Below are positions 25,956 to 39,269 of a stretch of DNA of 64,000 nt, one piece after another. Under the pieces are notes generated by a model, which searched no databases, had not been told where the DNA came from, and saw nothing but the letters and a program-made list of their open reading frames with translations. The stretch lies in NCBI GenBank assembly GCA_028534125.1, contig CM052834.1:8928001-8992000 (forward strand). The letters are read 5' to 3'. The number at the start of each line of letters is the position of its first letter. The stretch's first letter is position 1. The stretch comes from Lama glama. Its lineage: Eukaryota. The translations under genes and the position numbers were made by a program.

Positions 25956-27369
25956 CCCAGTTTCTGTGCTGTATGTGTGCGTGTGAGATGCCCCTGCCTG
26001 TTGGAATGTTTGCTAAAACTTAAAACACGTAAGTACACACAGACACACAACACACGCATATAAGGACACACCTACACATATGTATAAACACTTCACGTTT
26101 ACATAATCCACACCGAAATTTATGTACGCCCATCTATGTGACCGTTGTATCAACAGGATTTGGGTGCAAATAATACAAAATCTTTAATCTAGAAGAACAA
26201 TTACTTAGATAAGCTTTGAAACATTCCGCTGTCCAGATACATTTATGTCAGTCGCACTTGTTTTTTAGTTCTAAAACACTGGGCACATCTCACAGAATGG
26301 CAAGAACACCAAAATGACACTGCCCCGGACACAGTCCTTAGGGGAGAAAAATACACATACCATTTCCTTCTGCAAAATAACAAGCAATTAAACTGAATCT
26401 TGCTGTTTGTTTCCTCTTGAGTAATCTAGACTGGAAAGGGTTCAAATATCTGACTCTTGCAGTATTTTGCTTTCAGTGGAAAGATCACCCTTTAATATGC
26501 CACATCAGCTAATAAGCGTCCGCTCATATCTATAACTGATTCATAGAAACCAGCTTAAATATTAAATGATCGCATATTTCTAGTTCTAAACATTTGGAAA
26601 AGAAATTCCTACTTAGCTAAGGAGGCAGAAATGAGCACTTGGAAACAAGTCACAGCACTCTGACTTTCAGATTACTAAGGAGCAACATAAGAAGGGGAAA
26701 TTCACCGCAGAAGGGTGAAGTCCTTAAAGCAGCAGCCTCAGGAAATCTCCTTCCAGCGTTAATACCACTCTGGAGGTGCTGAGGATCCAGAGGTGTTCTT
26801 GGAAGCCTGCCTGCCTAGTGTGATTTTAGGGCCAAGACAGAGTCTTCCTGCTTCTTTAAATTATACCATTCATTTACCCAAGGGACATAGTGAATGAAAT
26901 TCTTACCACTGGAGATGTATTCTTTTGAATGAAGCATTTTCACCCTTAGGAACCACGCTGAAATGACAGACACTTCTAGGAGTAGTAATACGTTATATCA
27001 TTAACACTTAAGTGTAACTTATCAGATGCTTTCTCCTAAGATAGGAGGAATCTAGGGTAATGTGAGAACATTACCTAGGAAGCCAGTGTGCTCAGAAATG
27101 TTAAGAAATTCACACAGAAGTGGAGCAGTAGCAAGCCACTGGAGAAAAATTTTGCCAGCTTGATACTTTTGCCTTCAATAAGATATATTCAGTTATTGAT
27201 AACTGCTGAAATTATGAAAGGAATTCCATCTTATACGTGGAATGATTATTTATTAGAGACGAGACATCCCATACAGTGAGCAAAACCATGCAAGAAATTC
27301 ACTCGGTATTGCTTGTCCACACCTACCAGGGGGTGTGTTTGTCATCAGGACATGTAATAAACACCTTTT

Positions 27370-27850
27370 TTGTCTTTTTTTTTCCCCCTTCAGGAGCACC
27401 TAATTTAGTGAGACAGATATGCAAAGAGATGATGACAATGCAACTTGTCAATGACATTGTCACGGTACGAACAATGTACTATGATACCATCTACCCAGGG
27501 AAGCTGTCAGTAGGTGTCATCTGGGAGGGGCAGCAGAACCAGGTGTTGAAAGACACAGGGGAGTGTGTCAATCAGTACATGGACAGGAGGAGAGGACATT
27601 CCAGACAAAGCACGGTACCTGGAAGAACGTGAGATTCAGGGAAGAGTGAGATATTCTGTGTGGCTGCAAGACAAGGTCTATAAAAAGATGATGTGGCAGA
27701 GAAAAGCTGGACACCAGATTGTGAGGGGCCTTGTAGTGCATGGAAAGGAATTTGGACTTAATCTTTATGGAAACAGTAAACCAATGGAGGGAGTAACAGT
27801 CATGTTGCTAACTTTAATGACATAACCTTAGGGCCATTCTTGAAGGCAGA
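27370..27850 (-). mobile_element. L2 fragment
   Basis: cccttcaggagcacctaatttagtgagacag...ccagattgtgaggggccttgtagtgcatggaaaggaatttggacttaatc. Confidence 0.75.
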
Positions 27851-28219
27851 TTAAGAAGCAAAGTTAACTAATTTTGAGATAATTTTACCTGTTTCATTCC
27901 TTTGGGAATCTTCCTAATTGTATTCTGCTCTAAATATTTTTTGGAAGCACTAAGTCTCACCTATGTCATTCCCATAACTTCTTCAAACTTCCGAATTCCC
28001 CAAGGAGAAGCAGCAAGATAGTTCAACTAATTTAAAATGTGCCTATTGATAACCTATTAAAGACACAGCCCGCCTTTTCTAGAGTTGTTAGTTACATAAG
28101 AAATCCAGTAAAGCAATATTCATCCTACTTTAGAAAAGTTCATTTTAAAAATCCAGAGACGTAAGAGAATTAAAGATTGTTTTTTGTTCGTTTTTCATAC
28201 AAAACATTCCTTTAATGGT

Positions 28220-28862
28220 GGGACTGCTTGGAAAACAGTATGGCTGTTCCTCAAAAAGTTGAACATAGAATCACCATATGCTCCAGCAATTCCACTTTTG
28301 GGTGTATACCCAGAAGAACTGAAAGCAGGAACTCGAACTGATACTTGTACACCCACATTCTTAGGAGCATTATTTACAAGAGCCAAAAGATGGGAAGCAA
28401 CTCAAGTGCCCATGAATGGATGAATGAGTAAGCAAAATATGGTCTGCACATACNNNNNNNNNNNNNNNNNNNNNNNNNNNNNNNNNNNNNNNNNNNNNNN
28501 NNNNNNNNNNNNNNNNNNNNNNNNNNNNNNNNNNNNNNNNNNNNNNNNNNNNNNNNNNNNNNNNNNNNNNNNNNNNNNNNNNNNNNNNNNNNNNNNNNNN
28601 NNNNNNNNNNNNNGGAGATAGAGAGAAGAGCAGTGGGTGTCAGGGGCTGGCAGTGGAGAGGGGTGAGGAGCAGTTATCATCTAAGTACAGAGTTTCNNNN
28701 NNNNNNNNNNNNNNNNNNNNNNNNNNNNNNNNNNNNNNNNNNNNNNNNNNNNNNNNNNNNNNNNNNNNNNNNNNNNNNNNNNNNNNNNNNNNNNNNNNNN
28801 NNNNNNNNNNNNNNNNNNNNNNNNNNNNNNNNNNNNNNNNNNNNNNNNNNNNNNNNNNAATA
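28220..28862 (+). mobile_element. L1MB-type LINE-1 ORF2 C-terminus and 3'UTR, with two N gaps
   Basis: Translates WKTVWLFLKKLNIESPYAPAIPLLGVYPEELK (L1 ORF2 C-terminus), then the 3'UTR motif tcaggggctgg...gtacagagtttc. Confidence 0.9.
28454..28858. other. assembly gaps (N 28454-28613 and 28697-28858)
   Basis: N runs. Confidence 0.99.
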
Positions 28863-30049
28863 AACCACTGAGTGTCTGCAAGCCCATCAGGTGTTTTCCA
28901 CTTGTCAGTACCACCAATCCCACTCCCAACACACCTTTGAAAAACTTATACTATCTTCAGGGGACAGGAAATGTCTTTTTTCCTCACCGATCGAAACAAA
29001 ACTTAACAACTCTTAGCAAGTTTTCACTTCATCTGCTAGCCAACATTTCTCCCATGGTAAGGAAATTAGACTTTTGACATCCAGTAAGAAATTCCTCAAA
29101 CGTCACATTAAATCCAAACAATCTGATACCATCAACTCAAGTTCATCAAAGTATAAGCGTAAGGAAAGCACACACAAGTTCATTACTAAATTCTTATATG
29201 ATCAGCTGTACATGAACTTTTTTTTTTTAACCACTTAGGGCTTTTCTGTTTAACTCAAAAACTAACAGTTCAGAATGACCCCAAAATGTTTTCTCTCCTT
29301 CCATCTCCAGTTCTCATTCTCCTTCCCAACTAAAATGATCCTCTTTCCTTAATTGTTGTAAACCCCCATTTCACCCCCATTTTATGGTAAATATCTGGTA
29401 AAACAATCCTTCCATGTCTACCCCAACTGTATTTTATCCACTTGGGAAATACGCAGCCCTCTCCCCTTCTCTTTCTACTTCATAAATTCCTCAATGCACC
29501 CAACCTGTAAGTGAAATTATCTCAACTTAGAAGCTCAAACTTGATTTTAAAGATATCAACTCCAAAAATAGGAAGTATTTAAGTATTTAACTTCTTAATC
29601 AAACCTCTAGGCCTGATTATCATGTGCTACTTGCTCACCCAGTGATCACTCAGAGAACTTGGGATCATGTGTTCTTGTACAGAACACCCTCCCCCTCGGC
29701 TGGTTATTTTTAGAAAAGTAGCCAGATTCATCTGGCTATCTCAGAGTTAGTCCTAGCTTTGTAATAACGGCAATTCTCTTTTCCTCCACAGGATCAGACC
29801 CAGCAGGGACAGTCTGCATTCCTTTCTCCTGCCTTTTCTGTGTGGACCTTCTCCAGTTCATGGTCCATTCAGGTGCTCTGACAGCAGTTAAGAAGGTTTG
29901 AGAAAGCGGGGCTGCCCGTGGCCCAGAGTAACCTGGGATTACCAGCAGTCTGAGGAGTTCAGTGTAACTAGGTGAGCGTCACAGAGGAGGACAGTGGCCT
30001 TCATCTGGGCAATCCCCGCACTCTCGACTACACCATGAATTTCCCAGCG

Positions 30050-30420
30050 AAACATCTATTCATTCCCTGTCCATTCAGGAAGTCTTGCTGACAGCTCACT
30101 GTGTGCCAGCAGGTATGTCTGAGGCCGGGTAACAGCGATGAACAAACAGATATGACTCCTGTTTTCAGAGTTGTTAGGAGATACAATGGCCTTCTTTGAC
30201 AGTCCCTTGAATGTGCCAAGCTCCTTCCATCCTCACGGCCCATCACGCTGTCTGGAATAATTAGCCTCTTTGTCTTTGCCTGCCTAACTCCTGCATCTCA
30301 GCTTAAATGACCCCTCTTGGAAAGTATTCCTCTGCCCACCACCCCACCACCCCCAATCTATATTAGATCTTCATCACATGTTTTCATTGCACCCTGAAAT
30401 CTTCATAAAACTTTACAATT
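30050..30420. mobile_element. two L2 fragments in opposite orientations
   Basis: cactgtgtgccagcagg...gatgaacaaacagatatgactcctg and ccttgaatgtgccaagctcc...ctggaata...ctcagcttaaatg. Confidence 0.65.
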
Positions 30421-30849
30421 AGACATATGGGCCAATATTTGTTTAAAAATCTGTTTTTCCAAAATAAACTGCTACCTAGTGTACTTTCTATTGAAGCAGA
30501 ACACACTTTCCTATTTTGTACTTTATATTGAAAATATCTTAAGTCTCATCTTTCATGTTTTTAATATGAGACTTGAATTTTCTGTTCTTTACATTTTCTA
30601 TGTAACTATAAAATTTATCCAAAAATCTTCCTTCATATGCAATTTGTGTAACAAAATTACACAATTCTCAATAAATTTTATTTTATGTGTGTACGACTTG
30701 TAGGTTTTCTTTAGACACTAGCTAAATATTTTAGATATTAGCTAAAATTATTACAAATGTCCATATCTGATGTCTAGATATTTTCAAGCCAGAATTTTGA
30801 ATAGACTACACTCCATTTTTACAAATTTTCTCTACTATATTCTTATCTG

Positions 30850-31010
30850 GTGAAAGCCAGACAAATATGAATCCCGCTACTTAATAAAAGTGAGGCTTAC
30901 TTAGCCTCTGGGAGCCTCGCTTCCTCAGTTCTAAAGTAGCTATAAAATCTTTCAAAGGTATGAGGAGTAAATACCGAGTATGCAAAGTCCCTAGCAAAAC
31001 ATCATTTTAA
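30850..31010 (+). mobile_element. MIR fragment
   Basis: tgaatcccgctactta...ttacttagcctctgggagcctcgcttcctcag. Confidence 0.6.
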
Positions 31011-31149
31011 ATAAACATCAGTTCCTTCCTCCCTGTGGTGGGGGGAAAGGTACACACTTGAAAACATAGCCCTCTGTGAACTATAACACCAGTTTTCATT
31101 ATCTGATCTGATTTCCTAAAATAAACCAAGAAAACCTTTTCTGCTTCAT

Positions 31150-31332
31150 GGACTAGTTGACAAAACTTCTGTAGAGTCAGGCTGTAAATATTTGGGGAGT
31201 GTAGGCCACATATTATTTCCTCAATCTTCTTCATTTTTGTTTTCATTTTTAATAACCTACCAGAAATGTAAAAACCACTCTTGGTTTGTAGTGAGAAAAC
31301 ATGCCACTGGCCACAGTTTTGTTACCCACTGT
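31150..31332. mobile_element. MER58-like hAT-Charlie element
   Basis: gttgacaaaacttctgtagagtcaggctgtaaatattt...gtaggccaca...aaatgtaaaaaccactctt...agttttgttacccactg. Confidence 0.7.
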
Positions 31333-31894
31333 TTTAAGTTCACAGATACTCATCAATTCCAACTTTCTTTATCCTATTACCTGCATAATATTAGGCTCTT
31401 AACACTCAATTGAAAAATTACTCTATTTGTCAAAACTTCACTTCAAGCAAACACTTGTTTATATGTAAGGTCATGTAAGGTAACTGACTACCTAAAGAAA
31501 AAAAGTACCAATAAAGCCTTTTGAAGGTTTTCTCTAGTGTAACCTCTCTCTTTCCTCTGTTTTTTCCTGAGCCTACCGTTAATCCGGATTTAGAATGTAA
31601 CCAATCTATGCTTGTGCCCTCGGACTTCTCCTCCCATGATCCTGTGCTGAAGTTGGTGCTAGCTTGAGTTCCTTGATGGGAACCTGATTAGGCATCTTGC
31701 ACCGTGGACTTAAAGGCCCTGATGGCCCATTCTCCACTGGCTTCTCTCCTTTCAATTCTATGTATTGTTACAAAGTCACCTGTTTCCTTCCAACTTCCAA
31801 AACTATCATTTCTTCTTCTCTTCCTCAGCTCAGCTCACCTGATCCCTAATGGTCCAATGTTTCTCCCTTTTCACCTATAATCCCAATGGGAAAA

Positions 31895-32330
31895 ATGCTC
31901 TGAAGTCGGGGTCCGAATTAATTTATGTTATTGTTCTGCCTCTGACCATATTCGCGTTTCTTGGCCTGAGTACCTTTGTTTCTTCATCTGTGATAGGGGT
32001 CAGAACAGCCTGTGACGCCAGCCACATGCAGTTAAGAGCAAAGGAAATAACACATGTGGAAGTTATTTATTTATAATCTACGAAGTACTCCTAGAGACCA
32101 CTGAGATCTCCGGGTCAAAAGTCAGATGTGATTCAGGAACTTTTATGAGTTATTGACCTGGGGCAAGTAATTAACCCCTTTAAGCCTCATTTTCCTCACC
32201 TGTAAAATAAAGACAGTGATAACATCAATTCTGTTTTGTGAGGATTCTGTGGCATGGTCCACGTCAAGCGCGTATCATAGTGCCAGGCACGTAGTAAAGG
32301 CTTACAAAAACGTTAAACGTAATAATTATT
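31895..32330 (+). mobile_element. two tandem MIR fragments
   Basis: The second copy has a clear core: tgacctggggcaagtaattaacccctttaagcctcattttcctcacctgtaaaat...atagtgccaggcacgtagtaa. Confidence 0.75.
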
Positions 32331-32601
32331 TGAGGGTAAGCCAGGGGCTCACTGGCCTTTCACGTTAATTTCTCAGTCTCTCTGTGCTTTTGAGCATGTC
32401 TATTTCCACAGGGAAATTTATGCCCTTCTTGTACAACACTGGTTAAACAAGTTCTCTGGCATTTTTCTCTGTTGCACTGTGTTCCTCTTACAGGGATTAC
32501 TTACTGTCTTTCACTCTTAAAAGAGAGGGGAGAGGGAGGGCAGAAATGAAGGAAAGACAGAGAGAGAACCGTCAGTACATACTCCACATTATCAACTAGT
32601 A

Positions 32602-33178
32602 CAGTCAGTTCTGCTGTAACGAGGCATATGAATTCCCCAGAATCATGATGTTGTGCGAAATCACATCAGGAAAACCACAAACTTATGGGAAAAGGGCCAT
32701 CAGTGACACATAAACAAGAAAAGAACCTAATAAAGATCCGAGCACCATTTATCATGTTAAATGGTTAAAAATAAATTAAAACTACAATAAATACGGCACC
32801 CTACCTGGCAGAGGACCTGAAGTTTGCTTGTGGAATTGGGTGTCGAAGGGTTGCAGCTGTGGCTTATTGAGCAATGGTGGAAGAAGGGTTATTGGAAACT
32901 GCAGGGGAAGTTATCAGACGAGATATGGATGGTTGTGGCTGATGATATGCAGAGAAGCCAGGTAGCTGAAGACTGCTGAGGTGTGCGCATGTGCATTTTG
33001 TTTATCCCTCTGTGGCTCAGTTCAGCTAGGTGAAATGTCCTGTGGTCACCTACTGTTTCTCAGATTAAATCACATGTAACAGATGTGAAATTGACATTAC
33101 ACTCAAACTGTTCCCTCATGTTGATCATGTAGGAGTAAATCCTCATTTTCAAAGTAAGCATGATAGCAGAATTGACTG
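32602..33178. mobile_element. TcMar-Tigger-type non-autonomous DNA transposon with both ends intact
   Basis: TA|cagtcagttctgct ... agcagaattgactg|TA: terminal inverted repeats and TA target duplication. Confidence 0.85.
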
Positions 33179-33514
33179 TATTTAGTCCCAATCTGTGAAC
33201 TCCTGAAAAACATTCCCTGACTCAGAACTGTACTCACTATTTACAAAGTCTGTGTTACCCTTCAATTTCCTATCAGCCCAAAGCCTTTACCTAGAATAAG
33301 CTGTTTTTCCTTGTCACTATTGAGCTACTACATATGGTCTAAACCATTTCTTAACTACATCTCTGATTGCTTCTTCAGCCTTCCCTGCTGGGGGGAGCTG
33401 TGATTCAGGCAGCCAAACAACAGTTATTCACATCTCCAGCTGACGCCTTTCCCCAAACATCCATTCCAGCAGAGGAGTAAAATGCTTGGTAGTTAATAAT
33501 TCACTGCCAGGGCA

Positions 33515-34060
33515 TTTCATTTATTCAGTCACCAAATATTTATAATGAGTTTCTGCTAAATACATGGAAACATAGGGGATACAATATGAAACCAAATTCA
33601 TTCACTCCATCACATTAAGAGACAGAGACAGCTAAGCAGATCATTTAAAGTCAGTCCATGTTATATAAGGGGTGTAAATTATTACAACACATGTGAAAAT
33701 AATAGTAACACAAGATAGAACATGAAGCACCTTAAAGAAAATGCAGAAAGTACAAAACAGATTACTTTCAGTGTTGAAAGAGGGGACCAACACTGAAATT
33801 TGAGTAATTCAATGGGGGCGATTAGTAGACCTTAAGGATGGGTACATTTTGGATAGGAGAGAGAGACTTTCCAATTGTGGCATGAGTAAAGAAAAAGGCA
33901 GGAAATTGGACATATAAAGCATAAAGATCAAGACGTATAGGCCATAAATTAAGATGCACAACTACAAATGATAAGTTACATACCGGACTTTGAATTTGAT
34001 ACGTTGGGAAAAGGGAAAGCCACTGACAATTTTTAACCAGAAGAGTGAAACACCAGTTAT
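33515..34060 (-). mobile_element. L2 fragment
   Basis: ttcatttattcagtcaccaaatatttat...gggaaagccactgacaatttttaaccagaagagtga. Confidence 0.6.
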
Positions 34061-35067
34061 GAATGGGCAAAAGGGAGCCCAAAGAGCTTTCACAGATCCA
34101 GGCTTTGAGTCAAAGTTAAGAGACTTCATTCAGAGTCTTTGGATGCCAAGCCAGGCCAGCAGGAGGACTTCCCCCGAGCTACAATCCCAGGCTTTGTGTC
34201 CATGATTGATATTCACGGCTCTACTTAATGGATAGTAACTGTGTCATTGGGTCTGGCTAATTGTATAAAAAAGTGGAATAAAGAAAAGTTATTGAGGGGA
34301 AAGTATTTTTTTCAGAAACAATGAAGGTAGACAAAGAACACAATGCAACTTGACAGTAATAATAAAAACATTGTGAGATATTTAAATCTGACTACTAGGA
34401 TCATATAATTAGGGAAGTTAAATAAGATGGTTCTGAATTATATGTAAACACCTGACACAATGCTTTTTCGATATTCAAGAAACTATACACCAATGTTCCT
34501 AAAAGCAAGACGTTCTTGAACAAACGTTCGTGTGAGATCTACAGCAAGATTAAGAAACACACACGCATTTCAGCTCAGATTTTACATTACCAAGTACAGA
34601 GACAATATTTTACAAATTGCTTTCAAATTTCAGAAAATATATTGAGAATTAAAACTACCACAAGTTTCTTCTAATCAAATTCCAAACCTAGTTAATATAT
34701 TCTACATATGAGTTTCCGAATACAAATCCCACAAATTTTGACAAAAATTAAAAGTATAATTTTTCATATAACTGAAAAGTCCATTTTAAGTGTTCATATG
34801 TCAAATTAAACACTTAAAAAATACACAAACCTCAACTCTAAAATAAAAAATAATTTTTAAAGAACAGTTAATCATTTAATTAAATTAGAACTACCCTAGA
34901 GGGTAAATGATCAAAAGAATGTATGATAATCTACTTCATTGTATCCTCTTCATAAAATTTTTATGCAATTTGGCTAAGCTATTATTTCAAAATCTAAAAT
35001 ATAATGAGCTGACTTGGAGTCTCCTTAAAACTCCAAGGCAGTTTCCTTCAGTAAACTTCATACCTAC

Positions 35068-35095
35068 CTTGATGAATTAATGACACATGATTACA
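35068..35095 (-). other. candidate 28-nt alternative 5'UTR exon of EPS8
   Basis: tctcctttttagtttattttttcag|TGTAATCATGTGTCATTAATTCATCAAG|gtaggt: strong acceptor and donor in non-repeat sequence. Confidence 0.45.
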
Positions 35096-36999
35096 CTGAA
35101 AAAATAAACTAAAAAGGAGACCTCTCTACACAATTTATTTCAGGACTGTTTACATAGAAAATGAGTCTAAACATCTTATCCCCTCCAAAGCCATTTCCTT
35201 TTACATGCAATTTACTTAAACTGAAAAAACTGTTTCCAAGTCTAGAGCTGAAAACAGAAACCTCCTTTAAAACACTCCAGGTACAGTAGTACAGGGATAT
35301 CCTTCTTAAGGTGAGAATAAGTGGGTCAAAAGACAAAATATTTTTCATCCCGTTCCCAGAGCACATGTGAGATTTATACTCAACATGAAGTTGACACGGG
35401 CCTTGTAATTTGGCCTGTAAAAGCTGACCAAAGCTTTGCAGCAAGGGTAAAAATAAATCAGGCCATCAACATCTCAAGGAACCTCACTTTTTTATGCTGA
35501 CCAAAAGGTGCTTACAATGCCTGCATGAGTAGTTAAAACTTGTGTGAGTTGATAATACTCCTTATGGTGTGCAGAGTCTTAATAAATAATAGGGACATTA
35601 CAGGAACATCAACATATCCAAGAACCCATTTCCAAAAGGTTCAGCACATAACCATGGCACCTGTGCTCAAGAATGCATTCCGCTTCCCAGCACCAGAACA
35701 GTGATACAATCAGTTATGCACTTTTGTTATCTACTACATTGTGATACACTATTATTAGCTCTTGATGGTTTTCAATGGTATACATTTTAGCCTTGTACTT
35801 AATCATTAGTAAGAGAACAGTAACAAAAAGGCTCCTCCCGAATAAAATTAAAGGTACCAAACCAATGAGAGCTACCAAAAAAATAGATCTCTCTGTAGTA
35901 AGAATTATACATATTTGCCATTTAGTTCAAATTTTATATCTAAAATACCATATATATAAAATGATGGTGTGTTATGAAAGAGTTTTATGAAAAATTATGG
36001 ACTTTTTCAAAGAGTTGTTTTTTAAAAACTTCTATTAATTGACTATTTGAACAGTTTACAAGTTGCATTAATATACATGGGTCACAAAAAAAAACTTTAA
36101 ATACACATATTCACTACTTTTTCGGTCCCAAGCAAAATGTTTACACAGAAATTTGGCAGTGTTCAGTCTGTGGACTCAAAGCCAGTAACAACCTAAGAAA
36201 GCTGAACGTGGTTAATAAGCACATTTTCATAGTACAACTAACATTGTATAATAATCCAAAGCAGGTAATATTTATAGGACAATCACAGTATTTTGCATAT
36301 CAGATTAATTCAAAAGTACTTTTAAGAAAACTTAATATATCATATCTGTGCTTTCCCAACTGTTAATAGTCAACAGATTTCTTCTTAGCTGTAATTTGAG
36401 GGAGAAAATTATTCTCTTAAACACTATGACCCAAGGGAAGGAAATTCTTTAAATCCTCACCCCCGTAAGCAAGAAGTCAGGAGGTAGGAGGCAGGACCGT
36501 GTACCAATTTCACCAAGTTCAGAACCCACTCGGAATACCAAGTGGGAATTTACAGTACTGTCAAAGGGCTTACTGGGACTAAAAGTCTTACCACGTGTTT
36601 CAAGGTCTACACATACCCTCCATAATTACACCTTTGAGAGCCCTCCTTGGCAAAGAAAACAGTCACAAACTCAAACTTACCTCCCCACACAATCCAGGCA
36701 AAACTCCTCCGAGCAATCCTCCAGGCAATATTGAGAGGACATTCCTCTCGGCTCCCTCCTGGTGCCAACTGACCTTTGGCACATCAACATCAGAGAGGGT
36801 GGGGCGCCACGCTTCAGTTTCGGCCTGGTGCTAACACTGAACAATGTCTCTCTGGTTTCTCCAGGGCGTTAGCTGAGACTTCCTCTTCTTGTTAAGTAAG
36901 TAAACACAGTCACTACTACATTTCCAACTCTTCTCTAAAGTGGTAAAAATAAGGCTTTAAATGGCACAAATACTAATGGCTGACACTGATGGGGAAATG

Positions 37000-38170
37000 A
37001 CTGCGTGCTCTAAATTTAAACTAACACGATGCAGATAGGCTATGATTACTCCCATTTGAAAGAGGGGATAGCCGAGGAATAGAGATTAATAAGTAACTTG
37101 TGGGAATTCTAGGTACAGCAATACAGCCAGCTGAGTTAGTGCAGAAGACTTTCCACCATAAACACATTGAAAAGTTTCTAAGCTGCAATAAAGGAAAATC
37201 CCTCTGGTGCCAAACCAAAGGCAGAACTGATGGCCAGAGGGGCAAGCACAAAAGGAAATACTGCCAGCTGTGGCCGCCAGGAATAATCACTGGAGTCTCT
37301 TTAGCGCTTAGATCTAATTGAAATTGGTAAGGAGGTGCCCCCTCAAGGAATGAGCTCAGAAGAAAGTTCTCTCTCAGGAGAGCAGAGTTAGGCTAGATTT
37401 CTGGCCCCGATCACCTTCAACACAGGATAGAACCTGCCCAACCGTAGGCAGCAGCCCTGGTGCCCGGGGAGAGACAGATTGGATAGGATAGGTCTTGGGC
37501 ACGCAAGGTATAAAGTCAGTACTGAGGTCCTTTGATAAAACCGGCTGTCGTCAAAGCTGCAATCACAGTTAAAAGGGGGACAGAACAAATCCACCCACTG
37601 TCTTAGTAAGAGTTCAGTGGAGCTCGTCTCTGAGAATCTGGGTGAGAGGGCAGGGGAATGCTTACAACCGAAAATTAAAACCCTAACTAAGCCTGTGTCC
37701 TAACGGTTCTGAAGTCTGAATCTTATTTGTACGAGAATCTCCAAGCTAAGAAACTAAGAAAACTTGGGGAGTCCTGGGCTTGTGATGTCCCTGGAGTATC
37801 TGAACTAGACAAACATAAAACCATTTTAAAGTAGCACCCCATAAACAAGGCCACAGTGGATTTCCACAGTGGAAAACCAAACCACAACAAAAGCAAAAGA
37901 GAATGCCCACTGGAAATGAGCTTACAATTTAGAATTTACAAAATGTGTGAGAAAATGATTTCCCGTGATTGAGCATTAACAAATACATTAAACAGAAAAT
38001 TTAGTACTCAACTAATATATTAACATGAAGGTCAAAAAAGAAAAAGCCTAAAAAAATTTTTTTTAAAAAAAGAAAAAGCCTAATTATTAAGAGATGGGGA
38101 AGGAAAGAGCCTATCAATAGGAAATGGAAAAAACAGGTTTCATAAAAACTAAAAAGAATTTATATGCATG
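37000..38170 (+). mobile_element. old L1 (L1ME-like) 5'UTR/ORF1 start region
   Basis: gaaatgagcttacaatttagaatttacaaaatgtgtgagaaaa resembles the L1ME 5' end, followed by an A-rich ORF1-like tract. Boundaries are rough. Confidence 0.45.
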
Positions 38171-38455
38171 AAGATACGCACTTTTCTCTGCAAGGAGCAC
38201 CCAGAGTTTCCATCAGAATTCTGCAACTAAAAAGGGAATAGCATCACTATAAATAGACAGAATTTTTAAAGCTTGTTTAGAAAAGCAATAATCAATGCCA
38301 GAACTCAATTGTCTAGCAGAACCCATTCCACACCGACTTTCCTTCTCTACCATTTCTTAAAAACTCCTGACCACTCTGCCCTGCAACTTCTCATTCCTGA
38401 AAATTCTAACCCAGCCCCCAAGCCATTCTGAAACGTCCGACACCCTTGCAAAAAA

Positions 38456-38877
38456 TGATGGAGTGGAAACTGTGATGTGGCACCCGGATCCCCCTTCACG
38501 ACTGGAGGATTTATCCCCCCAGTTCCTGTAGTGCTGCCAGCACACCGGCCCCAGCTACCGGCTCTGTACACATGGCCTTGGCCGAACGGTCTCCTCGTGT
38601 AAGCTCATGCTCCCCTCCCAGGACAGCCCACGTCCAAAGTCTGGCTGAAGTGGGGACCATGAAGGCGTGTCCCCCTCGCTCCAGCTGGAGACAGTGGGAG
38701 CACCATCCCAGCTCTAGAACCTCCACGGGCCACGTCTCTGTCGAGACTACAGGGCAGCCTCACCGTCCCCTCTGCCCGACACTGGTCTCCTTCCATTGCA
38801 CAGGGAATTCCTGAGAGACTTCCAGCACACTAATTTCCATTTCAGAGTCTGCACCCTGAGGAGCTCAGGCTGCAACA
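38456..38877 (+). mobile_element. LTR16-like ERVL solo LTR
   Basis: cacccggatcccccttca...ccatcccagctctagaac...ccctctgcccga...ccatttcagagtctgc...ctgcaaca. Confidence 0.8.
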
Positions 38878-39269
38878 GAGGAGCATCAGGGGGAAAAAAA
38901 AAAGAGGGCAGGATAGTGGGGCGGTATTATCAAGGAAATGAAAAGAATAAAAAACCCTTGAAACCAGTGGGGAGAAGAGCAGAAAGTACTAACATAATCT
39001 CTTTCTTTGATAGTAGAAGGGAAAGCCTTTTTCCAAATGAATGACACAATCACAGAAGTTCCAGCCCAACACATCAGTGTATCTGGGAACTACAGGGTCA
39101 AAAGAGATCTTACGAGCTGTTCCGGCTCCAACCCCTGTCATTTTGAAGATAAAGCCCTTAGGCCCACAGGTCTGCCAAACACCAAAACTGTCGCTGCTTA
39201 GAAATAGGTAGTCTTTTAAGATGGTCACTTTCATAACAGTAAGTCAACAGGAGCATTTAACACCATGCT

